Positions 33,721 to 40,786 of a DNA stretch of 41,557 nt are shown here, piece after piece. Location of the stretch: the IMG/VR virus record IMGVR_UViG_3300050498_000076, positions 1 to 41,557 of that record; one strand, written 5' to 3'. Both the position numbers and the translations under genes were made by a program. The notes under the pieces were generated by a model, which was given only the letters and a program-made list of their open reading frames with translations, had not been told where the DNA came from and did no database searches. This stretch comes from a virus. Position 1 is the first letter of the stretch. The number at the start of each line of letters is the position of its first letter.

Positions 33721-34344
33721 TTACCTGAGCATGATCGTGGCGTCGTTCATGTGCCTGCTTATGATTTTTTGATACTGGTCGACCTCCGCCTTCATTGCTT
33801 TGATCAATGCGCGCCAGTGTTCTTCTTCGGTGATGATCCCCTTCTCCATTAGTAACGCGACCAGTGCTCCGTGTTCAACCATCGCCAGGTTGATCCCCAC
33901 TCGCAGGTGCTTCGGTGTTACTTGTTGCTTATCAAACTGGATCATGTAATCGACGCCCGTTTGTGCGGCGTGGCAAAGTCTCAGGTATTCCTCCTGCAGC
34001 TCTCCACCGAGATCGGACTGGGCTTCGCTCCATCCCTGGCGCCAGGCTTCCCTTTTCTCTTTGTCATCGTATGGGTTGTTGTCCGATGGTATCCCGGACC
34101 GTTGGGCTTCCCTGCCTGCGTAGTATGCTTGATTTTTCATGGCTTCTCCTTTTGCTTTGGATAATATCTTGATGCAGTCTTCGAGCATGTGCACCACCAG
34201 CTCGTTGTTCGATACTGACTTCGCCCATGTGAGCGAGTTGGTTGCGCTCTCCAGCGTGTGCGTTACTTGGTGCCCATAGGACCAGGTCACTTCTGCAAAT
34301 TCAAACCCGGCCAGTTTGATTTCGTATGTCGGCGGTGCGTTCAT
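33721..34344 (-). CDS. Hypothetical protein with a central Rmf-like motif (207 aa)
   Basis: AYYAGREAQRSGIPSDNNPYDDKEKREAWRQGWSEA resembles the ribosome-modulation-factor motif (GYxAG...CPY...W..GW.EA) by eye. Confidence 0.68.
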   Translation of the reverse strand: MNAPPTYEIKLAGFEFAEVTWSYGHQVTHTLESATNSLTWAKSVSNNELVVHMLEDCIKILSKAKGEAMKNQAYYAGREAQRSGIPSDNNPYDDKEKREAWRQGWSEAQSDLGGELQEEYLRLCHAAQTGVDYMIQFDKQQVTPKHLRVGINLAMVEHGALVALLMEKGIITEEEHWRALIKAMKAEVDQYQKIISRHMNDATIMLR

Positions 34345-34354
34345 GCTGTTCTCC

Positions 34355-34726
34355 TTATATGTAATGCTTCAGGTTCTGCATCGTGCCGATAGTATAAATC
34401 TCCGCCAGCTTCCTGACCACGTCCTGGATCGATCCGTGTGCGCTATCGATTTCCATCTCGCTGCCTGGTCGTCGTTGTGCGCTGATATCTATCAGCTCGT
34501 CATTGCCATCTTGTTGAATCACTTGCACGCCTTTGCCATCGATCTCGATCAGCCATCGTGTGATGGGTGTGTCGTTGAGTGTTGCGTAACTTATGAAGTC
34601 ACGCTGCGTGTCTATCAGTTTGATGCCGGGCAGCTGTGCGAGGATTTCGATGATCTCTTTGAGTCCGGGTGCGTCTAAAACTAATGCCATCATGCTTTGC
34701 GTTACGATGGTGATGTTGGTGTTCAT
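34355..34726 (-). CDS. Hypothetical protein (123 aa)
   Basis: Track ORF with ATGA coupling upstream. Confidence 0.7.
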   Translation of the reverse strand: MNTNITIVTQSMMALVLDAPGLKEIIEILAQLPGIKLIDTQRDFISYATLNDTPITRWLIEIDGKGVQVIQQDGNDELIDISAQRRPGSEMEIDSAHGSIQDVVRKLAEIYTIGTMQNLKHYI

Positions 34727-35082
34727 TGTAAGTGGCTCCTTCTGATCACTGCTTCATTCGTATCATGGACCATTCGCCGGATCGCTTTCACTCGGCGCTT
34801 CAACCAGTCGGGTCGTGTGTCTGGTTGACGTTCCTTCTTCGGCTTGGGTTTGTATTGCTTCATGAAAAGTTTGACGCGTGTGGCTCTCCCTTCTGGAGTT
34901 GAATCCGTTGGCTCGATCCCTTTGGTTAGGTTCTCTCGCACGTATCTATGATCGACGTCCAGTCGCCTGGCGATCTCGCGGATGATCTCCCAGGTGTGCA
35001 GCTCCCGCTTCACCTGGCGTGCGTATTTCACTAGCTTCTTGTTTGCTTGGGGGTGGAAGTGTAGCCTGTATTTCTTTGCCAT
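34723..35082 (-). CDS. Basic HTH-like DNA-binding protein (119 aa from ATG 35082)
   Basis: The track ORF extends to 35142, but ATG 35082 has the RBS GGAGctaaaATG. HTH-like segment: TWEIIREIARRLDVDHRYVRENL. Confidence 0.62.
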   Translation of the reverse strand: MAKKYRLHFHPQANKKLVKYARQVKRELHTWEIIREIARRLDVDHRYVRENLTKGIEPTDSTPEGRATRVKLFMKQYKPKPKKERQPDTRPDWLKRRVKAIRRMVHDTNEAVIRRSHLQ

Positions 35083-35411
35083 TTTAGCTCCATCGATTTT
35101 GCCTGTTTGACCACAGGAAGCTCTCTGCCGATCCAGGGTCATTTAGTATGTCCGGGGTCCGATCGCCTTGTGGTGTGGGTGGGACGTGGCGTCCCAGGAA
35201 CCCATGAGCCTTCCTGTCTTTTCTGGTAGAAACTTGGCGGGTCGGAATTTCGTGCGTGCCTGGAGTGCGTATCCGCACGTGCGTGCGACCTGTCTCTACT
35301 TTTACGTGCGGCTCCTGGTTTGGGTGGGGGAGGGGACCCATGGCCACCATCGCCAGTTGTGGTGGTAGGATCCCGCTCCCCCAAGACAGGCTGCTCCTTC
35401 AGCCTGGTCCT

Positions 35412-36086
35412 TCATTGGTTCATCGCATCGGTCAGCTGCTCGATGGTCATCGCATCGATGCGCTTGAGCACTGTCTTGCCGATGTGCGTGTGGACGAATC
35501 CGAGGTTGCTGTTCTTGTTGTTGGCTTTCACCAATAGTCCGCGTTTGATCATCTCATCTTTGAGTGATCGGATTTGATCAAGTGAGAATGGCTTGCCCGC
35601 TTTGATTGGTGACCATTCAGTTTCGCTTGGTGTCTTGTCTTCATGTATGATGCCGTGTGCGTAAGCCTTCAACTGCTCCGGCGTTGCTGGTAGATCGAAC
35701 ATCATTTGCTGATCGATGTGTCCTTGTGGGGTGACGTTATCGATCTGCACTCGGACCTTGCCGGTCTTCACTTCGCCGACGTGTTTGTCGTTGTTGAGAT
35801 CGAGCCCGGTCAATCGTTCGATGTCCGTGAGTGTGAGCCATCGGCGTTGCAACATCAGCCAAATGATCACAAAGGTTATCAGTCCGATCCCGATCATCGG
35901 CTTGATGTAATCGATGCCGTCAAACAAATAGATGACTCCGGCTGTGGCGATCGCCATGATCAGTGCGGTCAGTGCTGCTTGCACGAATGGCAGCGTTGCT
36001 CCGGCGAGCATCGTGTGCAGGAATTGTTTCTCTGCGTAGCTGGTTCGCTGTGTGATCACTGGCGTTTCGTTTCTATAGTCATGCAT
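35412..36086 (-). CDS. Membrane protein (2 TM) with a C-terminal winged-helix-like domain (224 aa)
   Basis: Track ORF with hydrophobic helices at about aa 30-55 and 62-85. The C-terminus reads LKDEMIKRGLLVKANNKNSNLGFVHTHIGKTVL. It overlaps the upstream gene by 8 nt. Confidence 0.68.
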   Translation of the reverse strand: MHDYRNETPVITQRTSYAEKQFLHTMLAGATLPFVQAALTALIMAIATAGVIYLFDGIDYIKPMIGIGLITFVIIWLMLQRRWLTLTDIERLTGLDLNNDKHVGEVKTGKVRVQIDNVTPQGHIDQQMMFDLPATPEQLKAYAHGIIHEDKTPSETEWSPIKAGKPFSLDQIRSLKDEMIKRGLLVKANNKNSNLGFVHTHIGKTVLKRIDAMTIEQLTDAMNQ

Positions 36087-36753
36087 CCTGCACCGCCTTC
36101 ACTCGGTTCAGCTCATCGATGTCGACGATGACGGGTTGCACCACTTCGGGCCGGATCGCTGCGATGCTCTGTCCGTTGTCATCGGATCGTGCCGCTGCGG
36201 TGGCCAGCACGTAGCTCTGCCGGATTGCGATCGCTCCGGCTACCATCTGTGCTTCAGCTTTGTTGCGTGTGTCCAGCTGCAGTGTGATGCCTGCGTTGAT
36301 ATCCGTGAGTGTGTACTTGCCGCTTCCATTGTATTGAAGCAAGGCCGGGTATTGTCCAGTCTGTGTGTCGATTGGAATCAGGTGCGCAGCCAGCATCGCT
36401 TTCTTCGATGCGGCTTCTCCTATTCCGAGTGCGGCCTGGTGTGCACCTCGACCGATGCCAATGATCACAATGCAGAGGGCTATAGTGCCTATCCGAAACG
36501 CCCATATGATCATGGTGTTCAGTCCGGCTTCCCACTGCGCTGCAGTCGCGGTTCGGTGTTGCTGCTCCAGCTTCAGTTGTTCCATGTAGATGGCGTGCGC
36601 TTCGTCCGCCTGTGCACGTTGCTGCTCGGCTGTGATCGCAGCCTGGTCAGCTTCGCTCCTGATCTGGTACGCCTGGGCTTCCTTGCGTGCGTCTGGTGTG
36701 CACCCGGTCAGGAGAATGAACGTGATCGTTGTGAGTGTGATCCACTTGTTCAT
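36079..36753 (-). CDS. Predicted lipoprotein with an internal TM segment (224 aa)
   Basis: Signal peptide with a lipobox (FILLTGC). RBS aaaaaGGAGTAGCgcATG. Internal hydrophobic stretch: MIIWAFRIGTIALCIVIIGIG. Confidence 0.7.
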   Translation of the reverse strand: MNKWITLTTITFILLTGCTPDARKEAQAYQIRSEADQAAITAEQQRAQADEAHAIYMEQLKLEQQHRTATAAQWEAGLNTMIIWAFRIGTIALCIVIIGIGRGAHQAALGIGEAASKKAMLAAHLIPIDTQTGQYPALLQYNGSGKYTLTDINAGITLQLDTRNKAEAQMVAGAIAIRQSYVLATAAARSDDNGQSIAAIRPEVVQPVIVDIDELNRVKAVQDA

Positions 36754-36788
36754 GCGCTACTCCTTTTTGGTTTTGTTACAATTAAGTC

Positions 36789-36830
36789 GCTCGCTCTGAT
36801 GGAGGCTGCTACTCCACCATCAGGGCGAGC
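36789..36830. repeat. Long inverted repeat (14-bp stem) in the intergenic region
   Basis: gctcgctctgatgg ... ccatcagggcgagc. The stem has one G-U in plus sense and an A-C mismatch in minus sense. No clear U-tract follows, so function is unknown. Confidence 0.4.
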
Positions 36831-36881
36831 TACTGCGTCTTGACAAGTTTACAACTTTTCCCCCATCTCAACAAGTGCCAG

Positions 36882-37184
36882 TTAAGTCCGGGTCGTCGCT
36901 GCGATCGCTGCCATCCACTTGGCGTACTCGCTGCGTGGGTGGACCTTGTATGCATCGATGCACTTGGCGCAGCGTTTGCGGGTCCGGTCCTGAGTCATGC
37001 TGCTTGCGTACTTGTCGCCGAGTTTGGTCAGCTCGATCCCGCAGAGCGTGGTCGATCTGCCTGGCTCCGTCATGTGCTCGTCGCCTTCCTTCGTCAGCAC
37101 ACTCTCTCGCTCCCCCAAATCGGACCCCTCGTCTCTCCAGTTCTGTGCGACCACGTATCTCCAGTCGTTGCTCGTGGCGCTCAT
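36882..37184 (-). CDS. Hypothetical protein (100 aa from ATG 37184)
   Basis: The internal ATG of track ORF 36882..37250 gives ATGA coupling with the upstream gene. Confidence 0.6.
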   Translation of the reverse strand: MSATSNDWRYVVAQNWRDEGSDLGERESVLTKEGDEHMTEPGRSTTLCGIELTKLGDKYASSMTQDRTRKRCAKCIDAYKVHPRSEYAKWMAAIAATTRT

Positions 37185-37375
37185 TCTTCCTCGACAATCT
37201 GGAAGATGTATCCGTGTGCTCCGAGTGTGGGACCGTTGTCCTTGATCCACTGCTCGGCTTGTTCTTTGTTCTCAAAGTCTGGCATGCCTTCCATCGTTCT
37301 CCATTCACGTTCTTCTGGTTTGTGGATGGCTTTGACCTGGTCTGCCAGCCTGGTCTGTATGGTTGGTGTGTTCAT
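37181..37375 (-). CDS. Hypothetical acidic protein (64 aa from ATG 37375; alternative GTG start at 37387)
   Basis: Track ORF 37181..37387 begins at a GTG. The first ATG is at 37375. Confidence 0.55.
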   Translation of the reverse strand: MNTPTIQTRLADQVKAIHKPEEREWRTMEGMPDFENKEQAEQWIKDNGPTLGAHGYIFQIVEEE

Positions 37376-37379
37376 CGCT

Positions 37380-38315
37380 TTACTCACTTTCTAATTCGAG
37401 CCTTGCTCGCTGGTGGTGCTTCTCACAATATCTTGATCCGGCTCTGCGTGGTCCCTTGCAGAACGGTGTCAGCTTGTGCTGTCCTTGGAGTGGTCCGCTC
37501 TCGTGGACGTCGGGCAGCTTGTCTTGCCAAATGCAGAAGCCTGTTGACTCTGGTGCGTGGGTGACTTCCGGGGATGTGTAGCGCCAGGTTGGTTGGTCTT
37601 CGGCTCCGGTGCACTCATCGCATGCGCAGTTCTCCGTGTGCCCATTGTCCTGGCGCTTCGGCTCCGGCATGTGATCAAGCATTCGGATGATTGCGATCCC
37701 GATGTGTCCGCCACCTTTCCAGCGTCCCTCGGCTTGGGCGTAGTCCACGTGTGCCTCGACGTATGTGGCGGTGACCCACTCGCAGGCGAGCAGCTCGTTC
37801 CGCTTCCGTCCCACGATGCCGTGTTTCTGCAGTGCCTTGACCGTTGCCTGGTCAGGTATCCGTTCGGCGGGTTCCTGCGCTCCAGGAATCCGTTTGCCGG
37901 ATTCCTGCTTATTATTATTATTACTTATAGAAGAGACCTGTGGGCTCCCTTGAGTAACAATAATAATAGGGGCTCCAGGAATCCGTTTGCCGGATTCCTG
38001 GGCTTCAGGAATCCGTCCCACGGAGTCCTGGAGTTCGGCGCTTCCATTGGTCAGGCTGCGGGTCACCTCTGTGAAAAGCATGGCGCTGCCTGGCACCCAT
38101 AGCTTGCGTCCGTGTGCGGTTGTCTGCTCGCCGATCATGCTCAGTCTCTCTAGGGTGGGGATGTTGTTGTGGATCGTCTCTAGCTTGAGCCCGGTCCAGG
38201 CTTTGATGTCCTTGGCGTCCATCGCTCTAAACCCTGAAAAGAAAAAGGCGAGCACGATCTGCGCTGCTGGTCCCCTCAGTTGTTGTACTAATGATTGCAT
38301 TGCCTGTTGATCCAT
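37380..38315 (-). CDS. Replication-initiator-like protein (311 aa from ATG 38315) carrying an internal iteron/AT-rich origin
   Basis: N-terminal winged-helix-like segment. The central region encodes (Q)ESGKRIPGA repeats that coincide with the DNA iterons. The C-terminus is Cys/His-rich. AGGAG lies 7 nt upstream of the ATG. Confidence 0.68.
   Translation of the reverse strand: MDQQAMQSLVQQLRGPAAQIVLAFFFSGFRAMDAKDIKAWTGLKLETIHNNIPTLERLSMIGEQTTAHGRKLWVPGSAMLFTEVTRSLTNGSAELQDSVGRIPEAQESGKRIPGAPIIIVTQGSPQVSSISNNNNKQESGKRIPGAQEPAERIPDQATVKALQKHGIVGRKRNELLACEWVTATYVEAHVDYAQAEGRWKGGGHIGIAIIRMLDHMPEPKRQDNGHTENCACDECTGAEDQPTWRYTSPEVTHAPESTGFCIWQDKLPDVHESGPLQGQHKLTPFCKGPRRAGSRYCEKHHQRARLELESE
37853..38030. 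repeat. Candidate origin of replication: four 25-nt palindromic iterons in two pairs flanking a 68-nt AT-rich spacer
   Basis: CAGGAATCCGTTTGCCGGATTCCTG occurs at 37883..37907 and 37976..38000 (exact; the 29-nt extended repeat is also exact). Degenerate copies lie at 37853..37877 and 38006..38030. Spacing within each pair is 30 nt. The AT-rich block is 37908..37975. Confidence 0.6.
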
Positions 38316-38440
38316 CGCTTGTGCTCCTGGTGGTGGCACCACCACTTCCGGTGGTGGCGCCGGCGGTATCGTCGGTTCTGGTGGTGCGGTCCCGGGTGTG
38401 GGCCTGCATCGCCATCGCCGGTGGTAGGATCCCGGGTTCT
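38316..38440 (-). repeat. Leader of the initiator gene: about 4 degenerate CACCACC-core units (same family as 24025..24192)
   Basis: Minus-sense units include ctACCACCggcgatggcgatg, CACCACCAgaaccgacgata and CCACCACCggaagtggtggtgCCACCACCaggag. The last pair forms a short hairpin abutting the SD. Confidence 0.45.
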
Positions 38441-38448
38441 GGTATAAT
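38440..38448 (+). promoter_or_regulatory. Plus-strand extended -10 element TGgTATAAT
   Basis: Read directly from the sequence. It points away from the initiator ATG and into the initiator's upstream leader. Confidence 0.4.
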
Positions 38449-38454
38449 CAATTC

Positions 38455-38530
38455 AAGACTGCACCTTTGCCTGGGTGTTGCTCCATCGCTTTGACAGACC
38501 TGCCTTGCCAGCGGGTCTGTCGCTTTATAT
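38455..38530 (+). ncRNA. Candidate ~75-nt antisense RNA (oop-like arrangement)
   Basis: It lies downstream of the 38440..38448 -10 element. A hairpin (gacagacc 38493..38500 / ggtctgtc 38514..38521) is followed by GCTTTATAT. There is no credible ORF. Confidence 0.3.
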
Positions 38531-38652
38531 CCCCACCCATACAAGAAGAAGAAGTGTCTCGACTACGACTTCGATCGCGGCTGCCCACTGGAGGGCATCC
38601 GGGATCGTGTCGGGATCGTTTGTTCTGATCTGGCTTGCGATGATGATGGTGA

Positions 38653-38868
38653 TCACCCTTCCTCCTTCATTGCCTTGACCTGCTGTGCGATCCAGTTGCT
38701 GCTCGGCTCCTTGATCTGCTGCTGGTCGTGGTCGATCAGCAGCTGCACGTATAGGCTGTCTGAGATGTCCAGGGCTCGGGCCTTCTTGTGGATGTATCCG
38801 CTCGATGCGATGCGTATCGAGTAGTTGGTCCCCTTCTTTTTATCTTCTTGTCGTTTGTCGTAGACCAT
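38653..38868 (-). CDS. Ribbon-helix-helix-like small regulator (71 aa from ATG 38868)
   Basis: Internal ATG of track ORF 38653..39009 with RBS GGAGAGcgaATG. NYSIRIASSGYIHKKARALDISDSLYVQLLI fits a strand-helix-helix pattern. Confidence 0.55.
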   Translation of the reverse strand: MVYDKRQEDKKKGTNYSIRIASSGYIHKKARALDISDSLYVQLLIDHDQQQIKEPSSNWIAQQVKAMKEEG

Positions 38869-38876
38869 TCGCTCTC

Positions 38877-39104
38877 CTATTGGTTGGTTCGTTTGTGCCT
38901 GCCGGATTGGTAGGCTTTCACTTCGCCTGTCTCGCGGTCGACGTAGGCGAAGTCGTTCGGGCCTGATGGGACCATTGCATATGTGGCGTGCATGCGGAAG
39001 CCTCCCCAAGCTCCAAGCCTGCGCATGTATCGCTTCCCGTATTTCTTCGCGGTCTTCTTGCCACCTTTCCTGCCTGCTTCCACGTGGTGTGTGCTCTTGC
39101 TCAT
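38877..39104 (-). CDS. Basic small protein with a KGG-like motif (75 aa)
   Basis: Track ORF with RBS aaaGGAGTAGCacccgATG. HHVEAGRKGGKKTAKKYG...GAWGG resembles the stress-protein KGG repeat; the resemblance is weak. Confidence 0.6.
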   Translation of the reverse strand: MSKSTHHVEAGRKGGKKTAKKYGKRYMRRLGAWGGFRMHATYAMVPSGPNDFAYVDRETGEVKAYQSGRHKRTNQ

Positions 39105-39133
39105 CGGGTGCTACTCCTTTTTCTATCTAGGTC

Positions 39134-39403
39134 TTATCTGATTGTCCGGGGTGGACGGTTGTGATCCCGCTGCTGCTTCTGCTCCGGGCTCAGGTCGAAG
39201 AAGATATCGGCTGACGCATCCTTGAGCATCATCTCCAGTGCATCGGCTGCGTCGCCGGTGATGGTGATCTGGTTGCCGCTGTGCATGGTCAGCTTGATCG
39301 TCAGTACCATCTGTTGGTCGGCGATGGCTTCCCATGATTCGATGGCCGCCAGGTCGATGCCCTGGTTGACCGATGTCCTTATAAATAGTGCGCGTCGTTC
39401 CAT
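39134..39403 (-). CDS. Hypothetical protein (89 aa)
   Basis: Track ORF with RBS aaGGAtcacaATG. Confidence 0.62.
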   Translation of the reverse strand: MERRALFIRTSVNQGIDLAAIESWEAIADQQMVLTIKLTMHSGNQITITGDAADALEMMLKDASADIFFDLSPEQKQQRDHNRPPRTIR

Positions 39404-39426
39404 TGTGATCCTTTCGTTGATAAGGT

Positions 39427-39453
39427 ACGCAGCGGTCGCGTGGACCGCTGCGT
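39427..39453. other. Intergenic 11-bp perfect hairpin
   Basis: acgcagcggtc / gaccgctgcgt with a 5-nt loop. The U-tract is poor on the minus strand, so a terminator function is uncertain. Confidence 0.4.
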
Positions 39454-39461
39454 CGTTTCAG

Positions 39462-39884
39462 TTAGTTGATGGCTCGTCCGTTGATGCAATGTGGGCAGGT
39501 CTGCACTCCTTCTCCGTGTGGGTCGATGCCTCTGCCGTTGCAATGCAGGCAGATGCCTTTGGCTGGCGCCAGGTAGCTCTGATCGATCATGTCGATGTCG
39601 TCGATCTCTCGCTTCCCATCGGGTGAGCAGATCCGTCCATCGTAGGTGATGTGGGCGACGTGGCTGGTCTGGTGTTCGTAGACTTCTCCGCCTGTCCATA
39701 GGTCGGCGGGTACGTCGTGCAGGTCGATCCAGGCTTTGACGATCGTGGCTGCGTCTGCCAGGCTTTCGACCGGCAGTCGGAGTGTCCTGGTCAGCTCGGT
39801 GCTCACGGTCACTTCGTATCGTTGGGTTGGTTGGAAGTCGATGGTCGTGGCAGCGATGTCGGTGGTGCTGGTTGTGATGTTCAT
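39462..39884 (-). CDS. Hypothetical protein with a C-terminal DnaJ-type CxxCxGxG zinc motif (140 aa)
   Basis: Track ORF. C-terminus: CLHCNGRGIDPHGEGVQTCPHCNG-like pattern (CLHCNGRG ... CPHCING). Confidence 0.7.
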   Translation of the reverse strand: MNITTSTTDIAATTIDFQPTQRYEVTVSTELTRTLRLPVESLADAATIVKAWIDLHDVPADLWTGGEVYEHQTSHVAHITYDGRICSPDGKREIDDIDMIDQSYLAPAKGICLHCNGRGIDPHGEGVQTCPHCINGRAIN

Positions 39885-40102
39885 GGCTGCTCTGTGATCT
39901 CGACCAGGTTGTCGAGCGTGGTGACTGTGGTCGTGTTGCCGTCTTGGGTTTCAATCATGATCACGTCATTGTCCTCGTCGACTTCGGTGACCGTGACCCT
40001 CGTTCCGGCTTCGATGAGGATGGGTCCGGTGCCTTGTACCATCCAGTAGAATTCTTGCCGGACGTGGTTCTTGATTGTGCACTGGGTGCCTTCGGTGATC
40101 AT
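39881..40102 (-). CDS. Hypothetical protein (73 aa)
   Basis: Track ORF with ATGA coupling on both sides. Confidence 0.65.
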   Translation of the reverse strand: MITEGTQCTIKNHVRQEFYWMVQGTGPILIEAGTRVTVTEVDEDNDVIMIETQDGNTTTVTTLDNLVEITEQP

Positions 40103-40350
40103 GGCTTCGTTGCTCCGTCGCTGTGTCCGTTGCCGTTGGTGCTGGCAGGGAACTCCTGGCTTAGTGCTGCCATCATTTCCTTGGCGGCTGTGATGGCTGC
40201 CTTCTTGCTCCGGGCTCCGACGACTGTCACTTCAACGTTGAAGCCTTTGGTGTTGCGCTCCACCTTCACGTTGTATGTTGTGCGGGTGGGTGCTGCGTGG
40301 TGGAGGATGTGCTCGACATCTTCCGGGATCGTGCTCGTGCGTACGTTCAT
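40099..40350 (-). CDS. Hypothetical protein (83 aa)
   Basis: Track ORF with RBS aaaGGAGTAGCaaccaATG. Confidence 0.65.
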   Translation of the reverse strand: MNVRTSTIPEDVEHILHHAAPTRTTYNVKVERNTKGFNVEVTVVGARSKKAAITAAKEMMAALSQEFPASTNGNGHSDGATKP

Positions 40351-40379
40351 TGGTTGCTACTCCTTTGGGTGGTGAGCAG

Positions 40380-40724
40380 TTATTCACACTGCTCGGTGAT
40401 GTGGTATCCCAAGCATCGAGGGCAGGGCGTGGCGGTGGCGGCGATTCCTGTGGCAATGTGCAGGCGCAGTCTTCCCTCGAGCACTCTGATCTGCTCGCTC
40501 CGGGTGATGATCGGTGGGACGTTGTTGTCGTCTTCCCACCATGCTATGAAGCTATCCCCTTCGATGTCATAGCATTGCTGCATGAGTTGATCTATCAGTT
40601 GCTGTTTGCGCTGCTGCTCTTGTCTGTCCACCCGTAGCTGCTCGTCCAGCAGCCAGTTCGCCTGGTCTGCTCGGTCAGTGCGTGCCGCCTGACCTCTCAA
40701 TTTGCCGTTTGAGGTGTGTGCCAT
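40380..40724 (-). CDS. Hypothetical protein, Q-rich coiled coil with a C-terminal CPRC motif (114 aa)
   Basis: Track ORF with an AAGGAG RBS. It is the first gene downstream of the strong early promoter. Confidence 0.65.
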   Translation of the reverse strand: MAHTSNGKLRGQAARTDRADQANWLLDEQLRVDRQEQQRKQQLIDQLMQQCYDIEGDSFIAWWEDDNNVPPIITRSEQIRVLEGRLRLHIATGIAATATPCPRCLGYHITEQCE

Positions 40725-40757
40725 TGCCTGTGCTCCTTCGCTTGGATTGGTTCCCCT

Positions 40758-40786
40758 ACTATATCAAATTCTTGACAAGTTGTCAA
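40758..40786 (-). promoter_or_regulatory. Strong sigma70-type early promoter TTGACA-17-TATAGT
   Basis: The minus strand reads TTGACAacttgtcaagaatttgaTATAGT. The -35 is at 40781..40786 and the -10 at 40758..40763. Confidence 0.6.

Noticed and set aside
35321-35336. G-quadruplex in the G-rich 12-mer regions (also 9557..9568)
   Set aside because: There are only three clean G3+ tracts in each case, and the transcribed (minus) strand carries the C-rich complement. The shared 12-mer is noted only as a sequence motif.
39379-39954. 191-aa minus-strand ORF rich in R/P/H/T overlapping the 140-aa gene
   Set aside because: It is out of frame with the well-coupled 39462..39884 and 39881..40102 genes, and its composition is low-complexity. 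No independent support.
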